Counted from the first letter of the stretch, positions 9,457-17,778 are shown. The stretch: 32,000 bases of DNA from Acaryochloris thomasi RCC1774 (GCF_003231495.1 NZ_PQWO01000010.1:120001-152000); one strand, 5' to 3'. Notes: generated by a model not told the origin, from the letters alone. Numbers and translations: made by a program.

Positions 9457-9482
9457 TCCCGTAACTGTTGAGAAGTAGCTCA

Positions 9483-11666
9483 TCATGCTGAATGAAAAGC
9501 CGAAATGTAGGCGATCTGAGTCTTCCAGGTGATGGTTTGGTTGAGGAGCTGTTGGGTCATTTGAGATCGCACCTCTCCCACTTCCCCCTCCGACAAATGC
9601 ACCAACAAGCGGTCCCGATAAGACAACCGCTCCGATGTCGAAGAAAACCACCGCTCCAAAAGCTGCGCTGTCACGTATAAATCAAAGCTACTTTCTTCTA
9701 AAATTACTTCTACCTGTAGCCCCAACTCCTCAAAAAGCTGCTCTACCCCCCCAGGATTTGCAGCCAAATCTCCCACATCATAAAGACATTCCTCCGCCGC
9801 CACCCAGCGATCGTAGAGTCCCGGCTCATTGGGCAAATCCACCAAGTCATACAGTCGCTGACTCTGACTGGGAACGTTCTCAGCCAAAATGATTCTTCCC
9901 GTTGGCTGTAGTAAAGAGACTAACTGCGCCGCAATCTCTGACTGCTGCTCATGCCCCATCAACACATTGCGCCCCACAATCGCATCAAAGGGCTGATCCT
10001 GAAGTGTCTTTTGCAGATCGAGCAGTGCCGTTTGTACAACGATGGGCCGCTGCAGCTCGGGCAACTTTGTGGCCTGGGTCTTCAAATCCTGCGCCGCTTG
10101 TAGATCTGCAACACAAGCATAAACGCTGCCTTCTGGCACTTGGCGCAGGGCTTCCCAAGTTAGGAGTCCGGTTCTGGCCTGCAGGTCTAACACCACGTGA
10201 TGTCGCTGAAGTTTTGTTAGAGAGAAAATGCGATCGCGTATCTCCCCTGCATGGTTTCCAGCCTGCCCAATTGTTCGCTGCAGCCACCGATCCTGAGCAT
10301 GATTGACGGGGCTGTAGCTCACCACATCCGCCATCGACTCACCACTATCAAGCTGAGCCTCCCGCCTTCGTGAAACCTGCGCTGCAATTTCAGCTTCCCA
10401 ACCTTGATCAGAGGGCTGATAAAAAACCTGCCCCTGGAGGTTATTGGGCAAATATTGCTGGGCGACCCAGTGATCGCGGTAGGCATGGGGATATTTATAG
10501 TTGGCACCGTGGCCGAACTGTTTGCTGTCCCGACTCCCATCCTTCAGCGGATTGGGCACCTCCATTTCCCGTTCTTTCTCCACCGCAGAAAGCGCATCAA
10601 AGTAGCCCAAGACGCTATTAGATTTTGGGGCTGCAGCTAAATACAAAGCCGCCTGAGCCAAAGGATATTGGCCCTCCGGCAAACCCACGCGATCAAAGGC
10701 TTGAGCACAGGCCATCACCACCCCCACCGCCTGCGGATCGGCCAGTCCCACATCTTCGCTAGCAAAAATCACCATCCGGCGAAAGATAAATCGCGGATCT
10801 TCTCCGGCATAGACCATCCGCGCTAGCCAGTAGATCGCTGCGTCGGGGTCAGACCCGCGCATACTTTTGATGAAGGCGCTGATCGTGTCGAAGTGAGCGT
10901 CGCCTTCTTTGTCGTACAAAATTGCCCGTCGTTGTATAGATGCCTCTGCGATCGCAAGTGTAATTGCGATCGTACCTGTCACGTCTGGCTCCGTCGTCTC
11001 CACCGCTAGCTCCAGCGCATTCAGCAAAGCACGAGCATCGCCATTGGCAATATTGATCAAATGCACCAGGGCTTCAGGTTCCAGCTCAATCGTTTTTTTG
11101 CCGTACCCCTGCTCTTGATCCGCCAAAGCCCGATGCACAACCTGCCTTAGGTCGTCCGGAGCCAGTGGCTTGAGCTGGAAAATACGAGAGCGACTAACTA
11201 AAGCTTTATTGACCTCAAAGTAAGGATTCTCCGTCGTTGCCCCAATCAAAATCAGCGTTCCGTTTTCGACCCAGGGCAGCAGAGCATCTTGCTGAGCCTT
11301 GTTAAACCGGTGGACCTCATCTACGAAAAGAATCGTGCGTTGACTGCGCTGCCCTCGCAGGTGTTGCGCGGTATCAACGGCTTCACGAATAGCTTTAACG
11401 CCAGCCAGCACCGCGTTGATCGAAATGAAGTGAGCCAGCGTCGTGTTGGCAATAATCCGGGCCAGCGTCGTTTTCCCGGTGCCAGGGGGGCCATAAAAGA
11501 TTAGGGATGAAAGCTGATCGGCTTGAATCGCCCGCCGCAATAACCGACCTGGCCCCACAATGGCAGACTGCCCTACAAATTCATCTAGTGTATGCGGGCG
11601 CAATCGCGCGGCAAGGGGGGCTTCAGATTCAATGAGCTGCTGGCGCTGGTGATCAAACAAATCCAT
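9483..11666 (-). CDS. rarA: RarA/MgsA-type AAA+ ATPase fused to a C-terminal class-I methyltransferase-like domain
   Basis: The N-terminal ~440 aa carry LRPHTLDEFVGQ, the Walker A motif GPPGTGKTT, the Walker B motif ILFVDEVHRFNK, and the MgsA C-terminal region. The C-terminal ~280 aa carry VVLDLQARTGLLT and AIVGRNVL, which suggest a Rossmann-type methyltransferase fold. Confidence 0.85.
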   Translation of the reverse strand: MDLFDHQRQQLIESEAPLAARLRPHTLDEFVGQSAIVGPGRLLRRAIQADQLSSLIFYGPPGTGKTTLARIIANTTLAHFISINAVLAGVKAIREAVDTAQHLRGQRSQRTILFVDEVHRFNKAQQDALLPWVENGTLILIGATTENPYFEVNKALVSRSRIFQLKPLAPDDLRQVVHRALADQEQGYGKKTIELEPEALVHLINIANGDARALLNALELAVETTEPDVTGTIAITLAIAEASIQRRAILYDKEGDAHFDTISAFIKSMRGSDPDAAIYWLARMVYAGEDPRFIFRRMVIFASEDVGLADPQAVGVVMACAQAFDRVGLPEGQYPLAQAALYLAAAPKSNSVLGYFDALSAVEKEREMEVPNPLKDGSRDSKQFGHGANYKYPHAYRDHWVAQQYLPNNLQGQVFYQPSDQGWEAEIAAQVSRRREAQLDSGESMADVVSYSPVNHAQDRWLQRTIGQAGNHAGEIRDRIFSLTKLQRHHVVLDLQARTGLLTWEALRQVPEGSVYACVADLQAAQDLKTQATKLPELQRPIVVQTALLDLQKTLQDQPFDAIVGRNVLMGHEQQSEIAAQLVSLLQPTGRIILAENVPSQSQRLYDLVDLPNEPGLYDRWVAAEECLYDVGDLAANPGGVEQLFEELGLQVEVILEESSFDLYVTAQLLERWFSSTSERLSYRDRLLVHLSEGEVGEVRSQMTQQLLNQTITWKTQIAYISAFHSA

Positions 11667-11873
11667 TACAGGAACCTTGGGAAGGAGATGCTGGACACCG
11701 CAGAACAGACAGTTCTGGAAACTCGCCCATTCACGACAAGATCATTGCCGACGACAAATCTGCGGCTAGGTTGAAGGTCTCTGCCTCAATATCTCACGGG
11801 CATGTCAAGAGTCCCTATTTTCCGCATTACGCTTTCCGCAACGACCCGGTCTCTTCTCTATCAAGAACTCAAA

Positions 11874-13151
11874 CTACTGACTTTGGCCGACCACTTCCAG
11901 CACAGCCTCAATCGCTCGGTCTTTCTGAGGATCTGTACCTTGGGCATAGGGCACCGAAAACGGAACGTCGATATCGGGAGCAACGCCAACCCCCTCAAGA
12001 CGCTGATCTCCATCAAGATAGATATCTTGAACCGCCACGTATAAGAGACTCCCGTCCTCCATTGCAAACAGAGTTCCGGCAACAACTGCGCCGGTTGTTC
12101 GAGCGCCGACCACAGGTCCGATCCCATGCTTGCGAAACCCATAGGCAAGAATTTCCTTGCCGCTGCGACTCCCTTCATTGACCAGCAGCACCACGGGTTT
12201 ACTCCAAGCCGAATTCCAGGTTGAAGAAGGGCGGTTACGGCTAGAGCCAGTCAGTGGGATGTTGCGAGGATTGTAGATATTGAGATACTCAGGCGAAGCA
12301 CCTCCCCATCCATCTCTGACATCCAGAATAAAGGCATCTGTATTTTTCAAGCGACCATAGAATAACTCTTCTTCTAACTTTTCCTGAAATTGATCACCCG
12401 CATAAGACCAGATATGGACATAGCCAATTTTCTGTCCTGCTTGCTCAATGACTTGAATGCTGGCGTCCATAGCGTCCAAAAACATAGTGATACCGTCAAA
12501 CAGCTTGGGCTTAACGGTAACTTCTATTTGGCTATCGACTGTCGGGGTCCGCTGAATCAAAATTTTGACGGGTTGATCGACCTGATCCGCAAAAGACCGA
12601 ATGGGATGGAAAGGCTGTCCCCCCACACTGAGGATGCGATCGCCCACCCGTAGATCTACGTTCGAGGCAGGGCTGCCATCAAGAATTCCACTGATGAAGA
12701 TATTACCGTTCTGCTGTTGAGTAAAGATTCCAATACCGCTGTATTGAGGTTTGTCATCCGCTAGAAAAGGTCGTAGCTTCTGCTGCAATTTAGAGCTCCT
12801 CGGCAGAAAAACGCCTGCGAGTTGGTAATACTTTGGATCATCGGGGATATAGAAATGGGTATGCGAAGTTTGTAGCTCAGAGAGCATTTGATTAATGATC
12901 GGTGCCAGCTCAGACTGAGATTGAGCTTGCTTAGCCTGAGATTTATACTTTTTGCGGATGTCTTTCCAGTTGACGCCGTTGAAATTGGGGTCAAAAAAAT
13001 GATCGTTGACGGTTTCCCAAACCTGCTCAAATGTATCGATTTGCGTTTGTCCGGCCGTGGGCAAGAGCGCTCCTGAGAGCAGCAATATGAAAGCGCTCAT
13101 CAACGCAATAAAGATGAGACGGATATGATGCATTCGGTTAAGTTTCTGCAT
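11874..13151 (-). CDS. S41-family (tail-specific/C-terminal processing-like) peptidase with a PDZ domain and a signal peptide
   Basis: The PDZ-like segment is ISGILDGSPASNVDLRVGDRILSVGG. The S41 core is VVLLVNEGSRSGKEILAYGF. There is a hydrophobic N-terminus. The ATG is at 13151. Confidence 0.75.
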   Translation of the reverse strand: MQKLNRMHHIRLIFIALMSAFILLLSGALLPTAGQTQIDTFEQVWETVNDHFFDPNFNGVNWKDIRKKYKSQAKQAQSQSELAPIINQMLSELQTSHTHFYIPDDPKYYQLAGVFLPRSSKLQQKLRPFLADDKPQYSGIGIFTQQQNGNIFISGILDGSPASNVDLRVGDRILSVGGQPFHPIRSFADQVDQPVKILIQRTPTVDSQIEVTVKPKLFDGITMFLDAMDASIQVIEQAGQKIGYVHIWSYAGDQFQEKLEEELFYGRLKNTDAFILDVRDGWGGASPEYLNIYNPRNIPLTGSSRNRPSSTWNSAWSKPVVLLVNEGSRSGKEILAYGFRKHGIGPVVGARTTGAVVAGTLFAMEDGSLLYVAVQDIYLDGDQRLEGVGVAPDIDVPFSVPYAQGTDPQKDRAIEAVLEVVGQSQ

Positions 13152-13225
13152 GTCCAAGTCTCAGAACTCTATCTAGTGAACCGACACAGACTAAAGAGAC
13201 CACAACAACTGCAAAGAGAGAAGCG

Positions 13226-13600
13226 CTAACGGTGCACTAACTTTGCATAGGCGGAGCGAGAGACTGCAACACAGGGCATGAGTACCTGTAACAGACTGGT
13301 CTGATGACTGATGGCCCAGCTATTGATCGCCAAACACACAACCGCCACAATCGACAAAATGTACGTGGGCACCATGATTACACCAATAATCCACCAGCTC
13401 CAAACATGGAAGATCATGAAGCTAGCGGTGAGACTGGCTAAGCCTGCAGTCAAGTAGAGATGCTGGCGCGGATGCCTAGCCCCCACATGATAGAGACTCG
13501 TAAAGGTCATCAATAGCGAGAAAGGTACGAGAACGCCACAGATCGAAAGGCAGTGGGCGTAGGAAAAGTTAAGCAGAGACGTGAAGATACTCATGAGCAA
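13226..13600 (-). CDS. Small integral membrane protein (about 4 TM helices), unknown function
   Basis: The evidence is the hydrophobicity pattern only. Confidence 0.45.
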   Translation of the reverse strand: MLMSIFTSLLNFSYAHCLSICGVLVPFSLLMTFTSLYHVGARHPRQHLYLTAGLASLTASFMIFHVWSWWIIGVIMVPTYILSIVAVVCLAINSWAISHQTSLLQVLMPCVAVSRSAYAKLVHR

Positions 13601-13701
13601 GAGTTTGCCACAGATTCTTTTGGAGATGCTTTGAATATCGCAAAAATTAAAGGTCTGCTCTGATCCCTTAAGCTAAAAGCAACGCTATTCTTCGACGAAT
13701 C

Positions 13702-14589
13702 ATGTCATCCATCAATGCTCCTGTAGTGTTGATCACCGGATGCTCTTCAGGCATCGGACGGGCCTTAGCCCTTGAATTCTGGCAGCAAGGTTACTGTGTC
13801 TATGCCACCGCTCGGCGGGTGGATGCGATCGCATCTCTCCAACAGCCCGGTCTCAACATTGCCCAGCTCGACGTCACAGACACCTCTCAAATCACCCACT
13901 GCCTGAGGGAGATCGGGGATCAGGCTGGCAAAATCGATTTGCTGATCAATAACGCCGGTTACGCCGCCGTCGGTCCCTTGCTTGAAATGCCACAGAGCGA
14001 AGTCCAGGCTCAGTTCGCCACCAATGTTTTTGCACCGCTAGCGCTGATTCAGCAGGTCGCGGCTCACATGATTGAACAAGGCAGCGGCACGATCGTTAAC
14101 ATTGGCAGCGCTTCCGGGATTCTAGTGACGCCCTTCGCCGGAGCTTATTGCGCGTCTAAGGCCGCACTTCATGCTCTATCAGAAGCATTGCGCATCGAAC
14201 TAGCTCCCTTCAATATTCGCGTTGTCCTAGTGCAAACCGGCGCAATTCAGTCCAACATTGGCAATGCCGCAACAGAGCGACTGGCAAATACGCTAGCAAA
14301 GCCCTCACGCTATGAGACCATCATGGACAAGATTCGAGCGCGGGCGATGGCTTCTCAGCAAAATGCCACATCGACAGAGACCTATGCTCAGCAACTTGTT
14401 AACGATCTGTCAAAAGAACAGATCCCAGCCTGGATTGTGCTCGGTCACCATAGCCGTTGGCTTGCGTTCCTGCGCCGGTGGCTACCGCAAAAGCTTCGAG
14501 ACCAAATTTTGATCACTAAATTTGGCCTGAACCTGCTCCACCCCTCGCCACCAAGGCAGCAAAAAAGCCCAGACAACGATCGCCCCTGA
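13702..14589 (+). CDS. Short-chain dehydrogenase/reductase (classical SDR)
   Basis: The cofactor motif is TGCSSGIGRA and NNAG is present. The catalytic motif is YCASKAAL (YxxxK). Confidence 0.9.
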   Translation: MSSINAPVVLITGCSSGIGRALALEFWQQGYCVYATARRVDAIASLQQPGLNIAQLDVTDTSQITHCLREIGDQAGKIDLLINNAGYAAVGPLLEMPQSEVQAQFATNVFAPLALIQQVAAHMIEQGSGTIVNIGSASGILVTPFAGAYCASKAALHALSEALRIELAPFNIRVVLVQTGAIQSNIGNAATERLANTLAKPSRYETIMDKIRARAMASQQNATSTETYAQQLVNDLSKEQIPAWIVLGHHSRWLAFLRRWLPQKLRDQILITKFGLNLLHPSPPRQQKSPDNDRP

Positions 14590-14671
14590 GCCTTTTTGTT
14601 TTTAAGAAATACCAACCTCTATCGCCAAGCTTCCACAAAATCATGCAGCCTTTGAAGAAAGCGCTGCTAGC

Positions 14672-14935
14672 TTATAAAGCCTCAGCGAGAACCTTCTCTG
14701 GAGCCTGGATCGGTAGCTCGGGCACGGCCTCGTGAACTGCATCCTGCCACTGTAGCGGCAGCCTCTCTTCCAACTGATCCCAAGATGTTGTGAAGCTGGG
14801 GATCATTAGAGGACAGGGCTTCCAGTCTCCTCGAACATGAACATCAAGCCGTTGGCAAATTCCACCGCGTCGCCCCTCATGGTGAAAGTGTTTGCAGTGC
14901 CGACAGGCCAAAGCTGATGTATTTTTATTTTTCAT
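14672..14935 (-). CDS. Small Cys-rich protein (possible zinc ribbon), unknown function
   Basis: The pattern is CRHCKHF...GGICQ...WKPC, with four Cys in the first 41 aa. Confidence 0.45.
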   Translation of the reverse strand: MKNKNTSALACRHCKHFHHEGRRGGICQRLDVHVRGDWKPCPLMIPSFTTSWDQLEERLPLQWQDAVHEAVPELPIQAPEKVLAEAL

Positions 14936-15384
14936 AAGATGATATTAAAAAGGATTCACTGACATCCTCAGAGATTTAATGACTCATCTGGTCATTATCA
15001 AACTTTCCTTATAACGCCCAAGTAACTTTGAATATTTAAACTAAGGATGACTTGCCTTTAATCTTAACGATCCCAGCTTGGCTCTTTTGGCCTCTTGCAC
15101 AACTCTGCAACATCGAAGGAGAGAGTTTTTTAGCAATCCCCTATACCGCGAGAGGGTTCAGACTTTCTTTAGAATCATGTAACTGAACATTGCCTATTGT
15201 TACGGAATATTTGATTCTCTAATTTAATGTTGGAGGTTAGCGTCAGCCTGCTTGTTTTTGGGAACCCTACAGCCGAGAAAGTAGAGTAATCATCATCCGA
15301 CTTTTAGGTATGCCTGTGATCTGATCCCCGAAGGTGAAAGATAGAGAGTCGTTCTTCCTCCCTTCACCTCATGTGGGGGCTGCG

Positions 15385-15840
15385 CTATCCCAGATAGGTC
15401 TGCCAAGCAGCACGAAGGCTACGTTGATCTAGCTCGGGAATCCAGTCTTCGATAATGGTCTCCAGCAGGGAAGTTCCACCCAGTTGATAGAGGAGTTTGC
15501 CACTTGACTGAGCCACCCTTGTTTTAGATGCGATCGCATCATTCTCTGCCTGTTGATAGGCTGAGCGTTGTTCACCAACTGAGCACCGAGCATCTTCCGC
15601 CAGGCTCAGATACAGCAGCTTAAGAATCACCTTGCTGGCAAAGATCGCGTCGAAGGCCATCAGGTCCGCGTGGGGCAACAAATTAGGCGTAAAACCAGAC
15701 TGATAGCGTTTAAGCACTCTACTGGCCCGAACTCTAGCGACGTAATCTCGCTGCTGCTCTCCCGGCGAGGAGGAATGATCATCGCCAAGGATTTCTACCG
15801 CAGCCTCAAGCGGAGCCAGCGACTCTTCTGAGTTTGACAT
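15385..15840 (-). CDS. Hypothetical protein (conserved cyanobacterial type, family not certain)
   Basis: This is a 151-aa ORF with coding-like composition. I cannot name any motif with confidence. Confidence 0.5.
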   Translation of the reverse strand: MSNSEESLAPLEAAVEILGDDHSSSPGEQQRDYVARVRASRVLKRYQSGFTPNLLPHADLMAFDAIFASKVILKLLYLSLAEDARCSVGEQRSAYQQAENDAIASKTRVAQSSGKLLYQLGGTSLLETIIEDWIPELDQRSLRAAWQTYLG

Positions 15841-15966
15841 CTTGAACTACTCTCCTTAAGCGGTGGTCTCTACCCACAGGCCCATTGGAGACACACCCTT
15901 ACTCGTCAGCATAACTCACGGTTCAAGCGTGCATTCGGTTCAGACAGTCCTGGGTTTCAGCAAACG

Positions 15967-17313
15967 TTAGGGAGCCATCGTCTCGACCGTCAGCACCTGG
16001 GGCGGTGTGGCATCAGGGGGATATAGAAAGTCAACTTGAACCAGCTTTGTTGACTGAGGATCGAGCTTCATGGTGGCGAGGGGATCGCCCTGCTGCCCGC
16101 GAAATTGAACGAGGTGAACATACCTTGTCCGTGGACTCCCCTGATCGTCTTGATAGCGAACCCGTACAGTTCCCCGGAAAAAGACGCGCTCTGTGGGGTT
16201 ATCAAAAAACTGTAGATTGCCTGTTTTATCATCATTTTTGAGAGCTGTCTGCAGCTTAACCGTCGCCGTTTGGGGCTGACTGGTGGGGTTATGGAGCGGC
16301 AGGCTCAAGCTGTACTGAATGCCGTAATTGCCGTGGGCGGCATAGGCAGTATCCGGGTAGCGAACCAGCATTGGCGCACTCTGAACCTGACCGGTGCCGA
16401 AGGTGCCGTTATCCACGCTGCTAACGACGTAGGAGAAAGCTTTGCCCGGGTCTGGAATGTTGAGCTTGAAGCCGTCGGCATCGGCCAGTTGCGATCGCCA
16501 AACCGAGCCACGGGCCACTCCGGCCACACGACTATAGATTACCGGTCGCGCCCCAGTGGGAGTGGGCGTTTTGTCTCTAGGCCCTGAAAGTTGACCGGAT
16601 TCTAAAAGCTTTTCCCATTCTTCTAGGGTCGGGGCGCGTTCAGCACCTGCGGCATCGGTGCGCGCAAACATCGCCAGACTGGCCGCGTAGACATTGCCCG
16701 AACTCCGCAATCTTGCCAGCGTTGAGCGACCATTAATCGGGGGATCAAGCTCACGTACCGGAATCGGAATGTTCAGTAGCATTCGGCTTTCTCCGGCGGG
16801 GATCGTCAACTGTGCAGGCCAGCTTTCCTGTCGCTGGCCGCGCAGAACAGTATCAGTAGCGCGGCCCCCTGGGCCGGCATAGACTTTCCCGTCAGGATTC
16901 TCGGAGACAGCCGGTAGTTCGATAAAGGGAGCGTCGGGCTGACTGAGGTAGCTAGCCGCCTGCAGCACGTCCACTCGTACTTCTTGAGGGCCTGGATTAT
17001 GAAGGAGCACGCCCATATAGAGCGTCTTCAAATCATCGGGGCCCGTAGCTTTGGCAATATGATGGGTAAAAACATCGAACCGCCCGCCTAAAAGCTGGTT
17101 GAGGTGAGCGGCGGGCACGGCTTTATCGGTGCCGGGGAAGGTTGAGAGTAAAATGCCTTCGGTCTGCACGACTTCAGGACTGTTGCTGTTGAAGACTAAT
17201 ACATTGTCTAAGCCACCGGTTAACGGTCGCACCTCTTGGGGTTGAACGATAACTTCAGGTTGGGGGGCGGGGGCTGATTGGGCAATCAACAGAGCAGACA
17301 GAACCGGCAGCAT
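15967..17313 (-). CDS. Secreted protein, DUF3370-like
   Basis: There is a signal-like N-terminus. The motif VRPLTGGLDNVLVFNSNSPE resembles the cyanobacterial DUF3370 family as I remember it. Confidence 0.55.
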   Translation of the reverse strand: MLPVLSALLIAQSAPAPQPEVIVQPQEVRPLTGGLDNVLVFNSNSPEVVQTEGILLSTFPGTDKAVPAAHLNQLLGGRFDVFTHHIAKATGPDDLKTLYMGVLLHNPGPQEVRVDVLQAASYLSQPDAPFIELPAVSENPDGKVYAGPGGRATDTVLRGQRQESWPAQLTIPAGESRMLLNIPIPVRELDPPINGRSTLARLRSSGNVYAASLAMFARTDAAGAERAPTLEEWEKLLESGQLSGPRDKTPTPTGARPVIYSRVAGVARGSVWRSQLADADGFKLNIPDPGKAFSYVVSSVDNGTFGTGQVQSAPMLVRYPDTAYAAHGNYGIQYSLSLPLHNPTSQPQTATVKLQTALKNDDKTGNLQFFDNPTERVFFRGTVRVRYQDDQGSPRTRYVHLVQFRGQQGDPLATMKLDPQSTKLVQVDFLYPPDATPPQVLTVETMAP

Positions 17314-17455
17314 ATGCTTTTAATGACCAACAACAATTTAGGAGATTATCACGATGGGGAACGCTTCAGCATTCTAAGACCTATGATGTCTCTCACAGTT
17401 CCTGTCCGTTCTAGAACCGTTTTTGCTATTGGATTGGATTTGATGGCAAAACTTT

Positions 17456-17504
17456 AAAAAGCAAAAAGCCCTTGGGCGTCTTTCCTTGTTTCGACTCCAA
17501 GAGC
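17456..17504 (-). terminator. Intrinsic terminator of sRNA copy B
   Basis: The stem is 8+3 bp (GCTCTTGG/CCAAGGGC with an inner GTC/GAC). It is followed by TTTTTGCTTTTT on the minus strand. Confidence 0.6.
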
Positions 17505-17530
17505 TGTTTTGCTAATCACTCCTCACATTC
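17456..17530 (-). ncRNA. Small RNA candidate, copy B (Yfr2-family-like)
   Basis: On the minus strand there is a -10-like TACATT (17539-17534). It is followed by AUGUGAGGAGUGAU, then the hairpin GCUCUUGGAGUC-GAAACAAGGAAA-GACGCCCAAGGGC (17504-17468), then UUUUUGCUUUUU. Confidence 0.5.
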
Positions 17531-17615
17531 ACAAATGTAGTGGTTGCCACTACGCTTATGCGGTTACTTAGTGACACTTCGTTGAGTGTCCACCGTTGAA
17601 AGCTGAATTTTGCAC

Positions 17616-17660
17616 AAAAAAAAGCTCTCGGGCGTCTTTCCTTGTTTCGACTCCAAGAGC
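17616..17660 (-). terminator. Intrinsic terminator of sRNA copy A
   Basis: The stem is GCTCTTGG/CCGAGAGC with an inner GTC/GAC. It is followed by T8 on the minus strand. Relative to copy B, the substitutions in the stem preserve base pairing. Confidence 0.65.
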
Positions 17661-17685
17661 TTCTTTATAAATCACTCCTCACACC
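17616..17685 (-). ncRNA. Small RNA candidate, copy A (Yfr2-family-like)
   Basis: On the minus strand there is a -10-like TAGATT (17695-17690). It is followed by GGUGUGAGGAGUGAU, which is the exact complement of ACUCCUCACAC. Next comes the hairpin GCUCUUGGAGUC-GAAACAAGGAAA-GACGCCCGAGAGC (17660-17624), then U8. Confidence 0.5.
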
Positions 17686-17778
17686 TAATAATCTACAGGG
17701 GAGTAGGGAGAAGGTTGCGATCGCAAGTGCCACTTTCTGAACTGTCAGCCCAGAGCTGATCCCACCCTCACACCTTAT

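Noticed and set aside
9635-11504. Numerous 60-134-aa ORFs on both strands inside the rarA-fusion gene, for example 9902-10306 (+) and 9985-10287 (-).
   Set aside because: They are Pro/Arg/Ala-rich products typical of off-frame reading of GC-rich coding DNA. They are fully contained within a gene that has strong motif support.
11771-12181. Plus-strand ORFs of 136 aa and 80 aa, and a 105-aa minus-strand ORF, over the 3' part of the S41 peptidase gene.
   Set aside because: They are antisense or off-frame to a motif-supported gene, and their translations are low-complexity and Arg-rich.
17459-17700. Reading the two repeat units on the plus strand as Yfr1 genes, each with a hairpin followed by ACTCCTCACAC or ACTCCTCACAT.
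   Set aside because: On the plus strand no U-tract terminator follows the motif. The A-runs precede the hairpin. The canonical hairpin-plus-U-tract geometry exists only on the minus strand.
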